NCBI GenBank assembly: GCA_035460905.1 | Contig: DATHWE010000093.1 | Location: 14,854-78,853 of the forward strand | Reading direction: 5' to 3' | From: Methylophilaceae bacterium | GTDB taxonomy: Bacteria; Pseudomonadota; Gammaproteobacteria; Burkholderiales; Methylophilaceae | DNA: 64,000 bases | In this document: positions 35,390 through 44,620 of the stretch, in pieces | Position numbering within the stretch: the first letter of the stretch is position 1 | Layout: each line of letters opens with the position of its first letter | Translations under genes and position numbers: made by a program | Notes under the pieces: generated by a model | What the model saw: the letters and a program-made list of their open reading frames with translations, nothing else | Database searches by the model: none | Told to the model about the DNA's origin: nothing

Positions 35390-35884
35390 ATGAATTACTT
35401 CAAGGCAATACTGGCTGCCATTCTCCTGTCGGGCAGCATTTCCGCTGCGCAGGCAGAAGATTTTGACTGGGGCACGCTGAACGAAGGAAGAAGCGAATTC
35501 CTTCACGAAGTCACTCCCGGCTCCTTTCTGAACAAAATCCATTTCAAGATCGAGCAGCTTAGCAACAGTGATTTTGGTGTGGGTTCTCTGAGCTTTACGT
35601 TGCGCGGAATTCCTTATTTCGATATCCAGGATATGTCCATGTCGTTATTCGACAGCATGGGCAATAAATTTGGCAGTGGAGTCGATTTTTCGGTCAGTGC
35701 CCTCGCCAGTGGTGATTATTACCTCCAGGTAGCGGGCAGTGCCACGGGTACGGCCGGTGGAATCTATGGGGGATCGATAGCGATGGCCTCCCTGCCAGTC
35801 CCGGAGCCCGGCATGGGTAGTTCGCTGATGGCAGGCCTGTTGATGCTGGCCTTCATGGCGACACGTCGCCGAGACATCCAATAA
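35390..35884 (+). CDS. Small FxDxF-like PEP-CTERM protein
   Basis: Signal peptide, GDYYLQVAG...GGIYGG, PVPEPGMGSSLMAGLLMLAFMATRRR. Confidence 0.85.
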   Translation: MNYFKAILAAILLSGSISAAQAEDFDWGTLNEGRSEFLHEVTPGSFLNKIHFKIEQLSNSDFGVGSLSFTLRGIPYFDIQDMSMSLFDSMGNKFGSGVDFSVSALASGDYYLQVAGSATGTAGGIYGGSIAMASLPVPEPGMGSSLMAGLLMLAFMATRRRDIQ

Positions 35885-35916
35885 GCAATAAAAAAAAGTT
35901 TCAACTCACCACTGGT

Positions 35917-35945
35917 ACAGGCGCTACTCCCGCGCCTGTTTTTTT
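35917..35945 (+). terminator. Rho-independent terminator
   Basis: ACAGGCGC-7nt-GCGCCTGT followed by a T run. Confidence 0.8.
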
Positions 35946-36027
35946 GTCACGGTTTTGTCTTTTGAATGATAACTGACAGTAATAAAACCTTCTTATGCTC
36001 TCTGCTTCGCTCAACAAAGGCCTCATT

Positions 36028-36981
36028 ATGAACAAGACATTTCGTTCCTTCCTGCTGCTCCTGCTGGTGGCAACTTCCGTGGCCGCATGCGGGAAAAAGG
36101 AAGAAAGTGCCAAAACCGAAAGCCAGGTGGTCGCCAAGGTCAATGGCAACGAAATCTCCATTCACCAGCTGAATTTTCAGCTCGCCCGGCTCGGGAACGC
36201 CAGCGAAGCGCAATTGAAGGAGGCTTCCAGGCAAGTGCTGGCACGGTTGGTCGATCAGGAGCTGTTTCTGCAGAAGGCGGTTGAAGCAAAACTGGATCGC
36301 GACCCCAAGGTGATGCAGGCCATGGAAAACGCCAAGCGTGAAATCCTGGCGCAAGCCTATATGGAACAGCAGTTGGCCTCTGTCAAGAAGCCGGAGCAGG
36401 CCGCCATGGACAAGTTCTATGCCGAACACCCCGAGCTCTTCGAGAAGCGCCGCATTTATAAAATGCAGGAATTGGTGATCAACGCCAGTCGCGACAAACT
36501 GGCCGGGATCGAGCAGGGCGCAAAAGCTGCCGGCGACTTCAACAAGATTGCCGCCTGGCTCAAGGAAAACAACTACAAGTTCACCGTTGGCGCCAATGTG
36601 CGCGCGGCGGAACAGCTGCCGATGGAACTGCTGCCTCGCCTGCACGCGATGAAGGATGGCCAGATGCTGATCGTGCCGACCCAGGGCACCATCAACATTG
36701 TCCTGCTCGCAGCCTCGCAGGAACAGTCGATCGACAAGGAAAAAGCCGCGCCCATGATCGAAAAATTCCTGATGACGCAAGCCCGCAACGATCAGGCCAA
36801 GAGCTCGCTCGACCAGTTGCGTGCGCAGGCAAAGATCGAATATGTCGGCGCCTTCAAGGATTCCATGCTGCCCGTTGCCAAGGGTGCTGCCGAAGCCAAG
36901 CCTGCCGCAACCCAGCCCGTCAGCAAGCAGGAACCGGCCAAGAGCGACGAGCATATCGACAAGGGACTTGCGGGTCTTTGA
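36028..36981 (+). CDS. epsD: EpsD-family peptidyl-prolyl isomerase-like lipoprotein
   Basis: Lipobox VAAC, SQVVAKVNGNEISIHQLN, REILAQAY, HPELFEKRRIY. Confidence 0.88.
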   Translation: MNKTFRSFLLLLLVATSVAACGKKEESAKTESQVVAKVNGNEISIHQLNFQLARLGNASEAQLKEASRQVLARLVDQELFLQKAVEAKLDRDPKVMQAMENAKREILAQAYMEQQLASVKKPEQAAMDKFYAEHPELFEKRRIYKMQELVINASRDKLAGIEQGAKAAGDFNKIAAWLKENNYKFTVGANVRAAEQLPMELLPRLHAMKDGQMLIVPTQGTINIVLLAASQEQSIDKEKAAPMIEKFLMTQARNDQAKSSLDQLRAQAKIEYVGAFKDSMLPVAKGAAEAKPAATQPVSKQEPAKSDEHIDKGLAGL

Positions 36982-37012
36982 TCCACGCAAGCATTCAGGG
37001 AGAAGCTCGTAA

Positions 37013-38053
37013 ATGTCCAGAATCATCCTGTTCCTGACGCTGACGCTGACCACATTGCTGGTTGGCGCTGAAACCGCCAAGGATTACGTACTGGGGGCGG
37101 GCGACATGGTGCGCATCACCGTGTACGGCAGTCCCGACCTGAGCACCGAGGCGCGCATTGCCGCCAACGGCAGCATCACCTTTCCCTTGCTGGGCGAAAT
37201 GCGCATCGGCGGCATGAGCTCCCGGGATGCCGAAAAAAATATTGCTACACGTCTCGAATCGGAGGGGTTCGTATCTCAGCCCCAGGTCAGTCTTGTCGTG
37301 CTGCAATTCCAGAGCCAGCTGGTGTCGGTGCTGGGCGATGTCGCCAAGCCGGGCCGCTACCCGCTGGATCGGCCTACCTCGCTGAGCGATGTGCTCGCGA
37401 TGGCCGGCGGCCCGACGCTCAACGGCTCGGACGCCGTGACGGTGTTGAGCATGCGTGACGGCAAGACAGAAAAGAAGGAATACGATCTGCGCGAACTGTT
37501 CGACCGCGGTCAGGCCGCGCACAACCCCAAGATCAGTGGCGAGGACATCATTTATGTTCATGCCCGCGAAGTGTCGGTGCTGGGGCAGGTCAATCGTCCG
37601 GGCAAATACTCTGCCGTAAGCGGCGTACGCAACCTCGGCGACTTCCTTTCCATGGCCGGTGGCGTGGCTCCCAGTGGCGGCGATACCATCATCGTGACCC
37701 TGTTGCGCGACGGCAAGGTGGATAAGCGCGAAATCGATATCGATCAGTTGTTCCGCAGCGGTGATACCGCCGCGAACATCGAATTGCGCAGCGGGGACAT
37801 GATCTACGTCCCGCGCGCGCCCAATTTCTACATCTACGGCGAAGTGCAGCGCCCGGGCGTCTTCCGCCTCGAACGCAACATGACAGTCGCCCATGCGCTG
37901 TCGGTCGGGGGCGGCCTGACCGTACGCGGTACCGAGCGCGGCCTTCGCATCAAGCGCAAGGGCGAGGATGGCAAGGTACATATGATCGAGCCGGAATCGT
38001 CGGATATCGTGCTGCCGGACGACGTTCTTTACGTCCGCGAAAGCCTGTACTAG
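37013..38053 (+). CDS. epsE: Polysaccharide export protein EpsE (Wza/OPX family), three SLBB domains
   Basis: YVLGAGD...GSITFPLLG Poly_export domain; three VSVLG/FYIYGEV..PG repeats; ends VRESLY. Confidence 0.9.
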   Translation: MSRIILFLTLTLTTLLVGAETAKDYVLGAGDMVRITVYGSPDLSTEARIAANGSITFPLLGEMRIGGMSSRDAEKNIATRLESEGFVSQPQVSLVVLQFQSQLVSVLGDVAKPGRYPLDRPTSLSDVLAMAGGPTLNGSDAVTVLSMRDGKTEKKEYDLRELFDRGQAAHNPKISGEDIIYVHAREVSVLGQVNRPGKYSAVSGVRNLGDFLSMAGGVAPSGGDTIIVTLLRDGKVDKREIDIDQLFRSGDTAANIELRSGDMIYVPRAPNFYIYGEVQRPGVFRLERNMTVAHALSVGGGLTVRGTERGLRIKRKGEDGKVHMIEPESSDIVLPDDVLYVRESLY

Positions 38054-38062
38054 GAGCCCGCC

Positions 38063-39484
38063 ATGAATCCGATGCAAGTATTGACGATCCTGCGCGCGCG
38101 CAAGTGGATATTCCTGCTGACACTGGGCCTGACGGTGGCGACTGCCATTATCGTCAGCCTGATTCTGCCCAAAAGCTATACGGCGACCACTACACTCGTG
38201 GTCAATTTCAAGGGGACCGACCCGGTGACCGGTGCGGCCATTCCCGCGATGCTGATGCCGGGCTACCTGAAGACCCAGACCGAGATCGTCTCCAGCCGCC
38301 GCGTGGCGCGGAATGTGGTGGAAAAACTGAACCTCGCCTCCAGCCCCGTCGTCCGCAAGCAATTCGAGGACGACACCCAGGGACAAGGCGATGTGAACGA
38401 CTGGCTGGCCGACCGGTTGCTGCAAAGCCTGGAGGTGGAGCCGTCGCGTGAAAGCAGCGTGATCAGCATCAGCTATCGCGGCGCGGATCCCAGGTTTGCC
38501 GCCGCGCTGGCCAATGCGTTTGCTGCTTCCTATGCCGAAACCAACCTGAGGCTCAAGGTGGAACCGTCGCAACAGGCCGCCGCCTGGTTTAACGACCAGA
38601 TCAAGGGGTTGCGCGAAAACCTGGAGAAGGCGCAAGCGAAACTTTCCGCCTACCAGCGCGAGCACGGCATCATCGCCGTGGATGAGCGCCTCGACGTGGA
38701 AACTGCGCGATTGGCCGACCTTTCCAGCCAGGTCGTGATGGCGCAATCGCAGACGTTCGACAGCCTTTCGCGCCAGCGGCAGCTGGGGCAGGGCGGAGCC
38801 GCCGAGTCCCCGGACATCATGGCCAACCCGCTGATCCAGGGCTTGAAGTCGCAGCTGGTGCAGGCCGAAGCGAAATTCACGGAAGTTTCGCAGCGCATGC
38901 AAAAAAATCATCCGCAATATCAGGCCGCCGCCAACGAAGTGGCCAACCTGAAAGCGCGTATCGACGAAGAGGTCGCCAAAGCCGGCAGCAGTATCGGCCA
39001 GGCGGCAAAAATATCGCAGCGCCGCGAAGGCGACCTGCGCGCGGCGCTGTCGGCGCAGAAGTCCAAACTCCTCGAACTCAAGCAACAGCGCGACGACATT
39101 GCCGTATTGACGCGCGAAGTCGAGAACGCCCAGCGCGTTTATGACCTGGCCATGCAGCGTTTCAGCCAGACCAGCATGGAAGGGCAGGCCAACCAGACTG
39201 ACGTTGCGGTGCTCAATGTCGCGGTGCCGCCGCTCAAGCCATCCAGTCCACGTGTGTTCCTCAACGCTGTGCTGTCGCTGTTCCTAGGCACCTTGCTCGG
39301 CCTGGGCTTTGCGCTGCTGGTGGAAATGGTAGACAGACGCATACGCACGGCGGACGACGTCAGCGTGATCGCCGGGTTGCCGGTGCTCGGCAGCCTGAAC
39401 GGCAAGACTGACGGCGCCAAACCGCGCATATTCAATCTGTTCGGATTCCGCGGCGGAAATCCTCTTGCGGCCACGGGAAGCTGA
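38063..39484 (+). CDS. epsF: Chain-length determinant EpsF (Wzz / Wzc membrane part)
   Basis: Two TMs flanking a coiled coil; PPLKPSSP; GLPVLG. Confidence 0.9.
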   Translation: MNPMQVLTILRARKWIFLLTLGLTVATAIIVSLILPKSYTATTTLVVNFKGTDPVTGAAIPAMLMPGYLKTQTEIVSSRRVARNVVEKLNLASSPVVRKQFEDDTQGQGDVNDWLADRLLQSLEVEPSRESSVISISYRGADPRFAAALANAFAASYAETNLRLKVEPSQQAAAWFNDQIKGLRENLEKAQAKLSAYQREHGIIAVDERLDVETARLADLSSQVVMAQSQTFDSLSRQRQLGQGGAAESPDIMANPLIQGLKSQLVQAEAKFTEVSQRMQKNHPQYQAAANEVANLKARIDEEVAKAGSSIGQAAKISQRREGDLRAALSAQKSKLLELKQQRDDIAVLTREVENAQRVYDLAMQRFSQTSMEGQANQTDVAVLNVAVPPLKPSSPRVFLNAVLSLFLGTLLGLGFALLVEMVDRRIRTADDVSVIAGLPVLGSLNGKTDGAKPRIFNLFGFRGGNPLAATGS

Positions 39485-39488
39485 TTAA

Positions 39489-40385
39489 ATGGAAATGTCC
39501 ACATTGAAAATTCACGATGCTGCGGATGCTCCCAGCGTCAATCCGCTGCACACGCCGCAGCAGCACTCCATCGGCAAGCAATTGCTGGATGCCGGCAAGC
39601 TTAGTCCGGAGGATGCGGAACGCGTGCTGCGCTTTCAGAAGGATAACGGTCTGCGTTTCGGCGAAGCGGCGCTCCAGCTCGGGCTGGTGACGGAGCAGGA
39701 TATCCGCCAGGTGCTGGCCCGTCAGTTCGATTATCCCTATCTTCCGTCGCGCAACGGCGAATTCAGCGAACACCTGGTCGCCGCCTACCAGCCCTATAGC
39801 CGCCAAGTGGAAGAGTTGCGAGCCCTGCGCAGCCAGCTGTTGTTGCGTTGGTTCGAAAGCGGCCACAAGACGCTTGCCATCCTGAGCGCGCATCCCGGTG
39901 AAGGATGCAGCTATCTCGCCGCCAATCTGGCGATCGTGTTTTCGCAACTGGGCGAGCATACCTTGCTGGTCGATGCGAATCTGCGCGCGCCCGAACAGCA
40001 CGCTCTGTTCAATCTTGGCCAGCGCCTCGGCCTGTCAGACCGCCTGGCAGGGCGCGCGGATGATGATGTTGTCACGCGCATCCCATCCTTCGTCGATCTC
40101 TCGGTATTGTGTGCAGGCACGCCGCCCCCCAATCCGCAGGAATTGCTGGCACGCGACACATTCAATTCGCTGATTGCCAAGGTCGGCAATTCCTATGATG
40201 TGGTGCTGTTCGACGCGCCGCCTGCCGCGCTCGGCTCGGATGCCCTGACCATCGCCGCACGGGCGGAGGGCGTGCTGCTGGTCGTGCGCAAGGATCACAC
40301 CCGCTTGAACGACCTGCTGGCGCTGTCCGGCCAGTTGCAAGCGCTAGGCGTCGAGATTGTCGGCTGCGTCATCAACGAGTTCTAG
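39489..40385 (+). CDS. epsG: Chain-length determinant tyrosine-kinase-like protein EpsG
   Basis: EELRALRSQL, GEGCS (Walker A variant), LLVDANLR, PPNPQELL, VLFDAPP. Confidence 0.9.
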   Translation: MEMSTLKIHDAADAPSVNPLHTPQQHSIGKQLLDAGKLSPEDAERVLRFQKDNGLRFGEAALQLGLVTEQDIRQVLARQFDYPYLPSRNGEFSEHLVAAYQPYSRQVEELRALRSQLLLRWFESGHKTLAILSAHPGEGCSYLAANLAIVFSQLGEHTLLVDANLRAPEQHALFNLGQRLGLSDRLAGRADDDVVTRIPSFVDLSVLCAGTPPPNPQELLARDTFNSLIAKVGNSYDVVLFDAPPAALGSDALTIAARAEGVLLVVRKDHTRLNDLLALSGQLQALGVEIVGCVINEF

Positions 40386-40386
40386 C

Positions 40387-41295
40387 GTGAGTATCGAACT
40401 GACCGTTCCTCCGCCGATCGAGACGCGCTGGCGAACATTGATGCGGCTTTGGTGGCCCATCGTGCTCGGCCTGCTCGCGATGTACGGCCCGACCTATTAC
40501 CACTTGGCGACGACGCTGTGGACGCAGGAAGACCAGGTCCACGGCCCGTTGATCGTCATGGTGGTGATCTATCTTGTCTGGATGCAGCGCGGGAGCCTGT
40601 TATCGCCTGACGTCGTAAAGCCCATGCCGGTGCTGGGCAGCGTCGTGCTCGGCTTTGGCCTGATTGCCTACGTGCTCGGGCGCTCGCAGGACATCCTCAT
40701 CCTCGACATCGGCTCGCAGATCCCCGTGTTCGCCGGGATTCTGCTGATCACCCGCGGTATTGCGGCGCTGCGCGCGCTCTGGTTTCCGCTGTTTTTCATC
40801 CTTTTCATGATTCCGTTGCCGGGCGCCCTGGTATCGGCCGTCACCATGCCGATGAAGATGGCCGTGTCCTATGTGTCGGAAAACGCCCTGTTCTGGGCAG
40901 GCTACCCAATCGCGCGCAGTGGTGTGGTGCTGCATATCGGTCAATACCAGTTGCTGGTCGCCGATGCGTGCGCGGGACTGCATACGCTGATTTCTCTGGA
41001 AGCGCTCGGCCTGTTGTATCTCAATATCGTGCGGCATGACTCCCTGGTGCGCAATGTCACGCTGGCGCTGCTGATCGTGCCGATCTCATTTACCGCCAAT
41101 GTGATTCGCGTCATGGTGCTGACGCTGGTGACCTACCATTTTGGCGATGAAGTCGGGCAGGGTTTCGTGCATGGATTTGCCGGGATGCTGCTGTTCATCG
41201 TGGCTCTGGTGCTCATCATCGGCGTGGATAGCGTGCTGCAATACTGGATAAGGAAAAACAATATAAAGCATGTAATTAAAGAATGTAATGCATGA
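40387..41295 (+). CDS. xrtB: Exosortase B (EpsH)
   Basis: QVHGPLI, VADACAGL (Cys), ANVIRV (Arg), FVHGFAG (His). Confidence 0.92.
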   Translation: MSIELTVPPPIETRWRTLMRLWWPIVLGLLAMYGPTYYHLATTLWTQEDQVHGPLIVMVVIYLVWMQRGSLLSPDVVKPMPVLGSVVLGFGLIAYVLGRSQDILILDIGSQIPVFAGILLITRGIAALRALWFPLFFILFMIPLPGALVSAVTMPMKMAVSYVSENALFWAGYPIARSGVVLHIGQYQLLVADACAGLHTLISLEALGLLYLNIVRHDSLVRNVTLALLIVPISFTANVIRVMVLTLVTYHFGDEVGQGFVHGFAGMLLFIVALVLIIGVDSVLQYWIRKNNIKHVIKECNA

Positions 41296-42008
41296 AAAAC
41301 ATTAACTTTAAATACCTCTGGCTGGGTCTCGCGCTCGTTGCGGCAGCGGCAGGAGCGGTCGAATTCCGTCCGACTCAGCGATTGGCCGATCAGGGGCCCA
41401 AGGTCAATCTTGAAGCGATGATCCCGGCGCAATTCGGCGAATGGCACATTGATGACCTCGGCAGCAACCAGCTGGTCAATCCCCAGACTCAGGCAGCTAT
41501 CGATAAGATCTACACGCAGGTGTTGTCGCGCACCTACGTCAATGCAGAAGGCTACCGCATCATGCTGATGCTGCCATATGGCGCCGACCAGTCGGACGAT
41601 ATGGGCGTGCACGACCCGGCCGGTTGCTATCCGGCGCAGGGTTTTCGCATTCTGGGCAACCGCAAGGACCTGATCAAGACCGTCTACGGGTTTATTCCCG
41701 CACGCCGCATGGAGGCAGAAAACGGCCCCCGTTACGAACCCGTGACCTACTGGAGCACCATCGGCAACAAGGCAGTTAACGACGATTGGGATCGCAAGCT
41801 GGCACAGCTTTCGTATGTGCTGGATGGGCAGATTCCCGACGGGCTGCTGTTCCGTGTTTCCTCGGTCGATCCGGATGCAGAACGGGCTTACCGCACGCAG
41901 GACGCGTTCATCAATGCGCTGCTGCAGGCCTTGGCGCGGGATGCGCGCGTACGCGTGGCGGGAATGACATCCGGGCAATCCGCCCCTGACCCCTTTGCCT
42001 CGCCATGA
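41292..42008 (+). CDS. epsI: Exosortase-associated protein EpsI, B-type
   Basis: IPAQFGEW, IYTQVLSRTY, HDPAGCYPAQGF, PDGLLFRVSS. Confidence 0.88.
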   Translation: MKNINFKYLWLGLALVAAAAGAVEFRPTQRLADQGPKVNLEAMIPAQFGEWHIDDLGSNQLVNPQTQAAIDKIYTQVLSRTYVNAEGYRIMLMLPYGADQSDDMGVHDPAGCYPAQGFRILGNRKDLIKTVYGFIPARRMEAENGPRYEPVTYWSTIGNKAVNDDWDRKLAQLSYVLDGQIPDGLLFRVSSVDPDAERAYRTQDAFINALLQALARDARVRVAGMTSGQSAPDPFASP

Positions 42009-43555
42009 ACGCTTCGCCCTATACCACTGACAACATCCGCCGAGGCGCCATGCATTACCTGCTTGGGCGCGGGGTGGCCGGCCTGGCAGGGTTTGCCACC
42101 ATCATTCTGCTGGTTCGCAATATGGACGTGGCGAGCTATGCGGGATATACCGCGATTTCAGGGCTGATCATGATGTCCGGCGTGATCGCCGGCCTGGGGC
42201 TGGAAAGGGCGATTGCCAGGTATGTGCCGCAAGGGCGGCTGGAGCAAACCCCGATGAAGCTGGCATCGTTTATCTGGAGAACGGCGTTACTGCGCCTTGC
42301 GGCCAGCCTGCTGTTTGCGCTGCTCGTTTTCGGCTTCTGGCCGCAGATCAAAAGTATTCTGGAATACATCGATCTGGCGGATTTTCCAGTGCCGCTGGTG
42401 CTGTTTCTGGTGGCTGAAAATCTTTTTGCCCACTTTTCGTCCGTCTTCCAGGCGATGATGATGCAGAAGATGCTGACCCGTCTACTCGTGATTCAATGGG
42501 GAGGGCGCTTGCTCCTGATTTTTGCCGTGCTCCTGGATCACACCTTCATCAGTCTTGAGGCAGCGCTATGGATAATGGCAATTCCAGAACTGCTGGGGGT
42601 CCTGACCTTCATCGTCGCATTGCACTATCACTTGCGACATCTCGAATCTCATCATTCCGTTGCGCTGGATCATAGTGAGACCAACTGGCTGGACTGGAAG
42701 CCGGCCTTGGGCATGTCACTGCATAACTACGGATTTTCACTACTGGCCGCACCGCCGCAGGGCTATTTCATGCGCATGCTGGTCTCCGCGACATTGTCTG
42801 CGGAGACCGTCGCTGCCTATGGATTCTTCCAAAGCATTGCAGAAAAAGCGCGGCAATACATTCCTTTGCATTTTTTCCACAGCATGATCGAGCCGGTACT
42901 GATTGCCCGTTACTTGCAGGATCGCGACTTTGCAAAACTGAGCCAGCTGTGCCAGTTGCTCTACAAATCCAACGTACTGGTCTTCGTGCCCGCCATCGCC
43001 TGGGTCGCTGCCGCCGGCCCTGACATTGCGATGGCTTTGACAGGCGGGAAATTCGCCGACCAATCCTGGGTGCTACTGATTGTGATGGTGCAACTGCTTA
43101 TTGGCAGCCATGTGGTTGTGCTGCAATTGATCCTCAATGCGCTGGGCCGCAGCAAACTGCTGATCAAGGCCAGTTTTCTGGCGCTGATGGGGATGACAGC
43201 CTATTGGTTGGCAGTCAGCCAGATCACCACCATCGGCGTGCTTTTCGGCCCGATTATTTTCTCTCTCATGGTCAATATGATCATTGTGATGGCGCTTGTG
43301 TCACGTGGATTTGCATATCACCCGTCATGGGAAATGCTTCGCGGAACCGTGCTTGCAGGATTAATTGCTTCGGGTGCAGTTTTTTTGTTGTTGGGAATAA
43401 TCGAAAAAATTGAGGAGGTACATATTGTTGCTGTGGTCAGCGGCCTGGTCGTCCTCGGGGTGTATGGGATGGGAATCCATACATTATCGATCGTAAAAAA
43501 TGAAGAGGTATCGATGGTGAGGGGCCTTTTCACAAAAAAGGCTCCTGTTCGATAA
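42005..43555 (+). CDS. Wzx-type oligosaccharide flippase
   Basis: Many TM helices (about 12-14 by eye), GLERAIARYVP, position in the EPS cluster. Confidence 0.78.
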   Translation: MNASPYTTDNIRRGAMHYLLGRGVAGLAGFATIILLVRNMDVASYAGYTAISGLIMMSGVIAGLGLERAIARYVPQGRLEQTPMKLASFIWRTALLRLAASLLFALLVFGFWPQIKSILEYIDLADFPVPLVLFLVAENLFAHFSSVFQAMMMQKMLTRLLVIQWGGRLLLIFAVLLDHTFISLEAALWIMAIPELLGVLTFIVALHYHLRHLESHHSVALDHSETNWLDWKPALGMSLHNYGFSLLAAPPQGYFMRMLVSATLSAETVAAYGFFQSIAEKARQYIPLHFFHSMIEPVLIARYLQDRDFAKLSQLCQLLYKSNVLVFVPAIAWVAAAGPDIAMALTGGKFADQSWVLLIVMVQLLIGSHVVVLQLILNALGRSKLLIKASFLALMGMTAYWLAVSQITTIGVLFGPIIFSLMVNMIIVMALVSRGFAYHPSWEMLRGTVLAGLIASGAVFLLLGIIEKIEEVHIVAVVSGLVVLGVYGMGIHTLSIVKNEEVSMVRGLFTKKAPVR

Positions 43556-43573
43556 CATTCGATAGGTCTAAAA

Positions 43574-44620
43574 ATGAAAAATAATCAAGAAATTATCAAG
43601 GATTTGCAGGGGACTGCCTCTGAAATTCTGGATGGATTGATTCCACCTGAGAGTACGGTTCTGCTTTTGGATTACCCAAACTATAGCAATGTCGGGGATA
43701 GTCTGATCTGGTTGGGAGAGGTTGCATATCTTCGTTCACGAAATCTGAAACCTGCTTATGTCTGCGACTTGGAAAATTACCAGCCCAAGGCAATCGACGC
43801 GGTAATCAATCATCCAAAGTCGAAGAATCCGATCATTCTCATGCAAGGAGGAGGTAATTTCGGCACGCTATGGCCTGCGGTGCAAGCGTTTCGCAAGAAA
43901 GTACTCCGGGATTTCTCCGGCATTCGTACCATACAACTTCCGCAATCGCTTTACTTCGACAACAAAACCGAAATACGGGAAACAGCCAGGCTAATCGATC
44001 ATCACGGAGCCTTTACGCTGTTGACTAGAGATCACCCCAGCCATGCTTTCGCACAAGAGCATTTCAATTGTGATGTCCGACTTTGTCCGGATATGGCCTT
44101 CTTCATTGGCCCCCTCCAGAGTCGTTTGAAAGCACCATTTGATCGATACATACTCTCCCGATCAGATCACGAAAAATCCTTTGACTGGCTCGGAGCATTT
44201 CCTTCCGAAACTGATCAATTAACCATCGATCAAGGCGACTGGCTGGAGCAGGGTCTGCAAGAGCGGATTTTGAATCGCCTACAGCGACATACGGTTGGGC
44301 CTCGCTTGATTCTTGACCCTTATAACAGGACGCTGTTTCAACTCTGGAATTTGCTGGCTCGCTACCGTTTATCAAGAGGGCAAACACAGTTGGAACGTGG
44401 ACGAGTTGTCATTTCCGACCGGCTACATGTTCACATTTTATGTACTCTTCTTGATAAACCGCATGTCCTGATTGATAACAGCTACGGAAAAATCAGTAGC
44501 CTCCATAAAGCCTGGACTCATGCATACGCAGGTGTCAGATTCGCATCCAGCCTATCTGAAGCTCTAATCGCAGCCAGGGATCTGGAGTCATATCCAGATG
44601 AAAATCCAGTGTATGCATAA
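43574..44620 (+). CDS. Polysaccharide pyruvyl transferase
   Basis: NVGDSLIW, GGGNFG, QLPQS, TRD, PDMAF, SDRLHVHI, DNSYGK. Confidence 0.92.
   Translation: MKNNQEIIKDLQGTASEILDGLIPPESTVLLLDYPNYSNVGDSLIWLGEVAYLRSRNLKPAYVCDLENYQPKAIDAVINHPKSKNPIILMQGGGNFGTLWPAVQAFRKKVLRDFSGIRTIQLPQSLYFDNKTEIRETARLIDHHGAFTLLTRDHPSHAFAQEHFNCDVRLCPDMAFFIGPLQSRLKAPFDRYILSRSDHEKSFDWLGAFPSETDQLTIDQGDWLEQGLQERILNRLQRHTVGPRLILDPYNRTLFQLWNLLARYRLSRGQTQLERGRVVISDRLHVHILCTLLDKPHVLIDNSYGKISSLHKAWTHAYAGVRFASSLSEALIAARDLESYPDENPVYA

Noticed and set aside
36995-39085. 696-aa minus-strand ORF and other long antisense ORFs (e.g. 7046-8218, 28467-29759, 32339-33589, 35947-37080, 55003-56040)
   Set aside because: Shadow frames of well-supported genes in GC-rich DNA; no motifs
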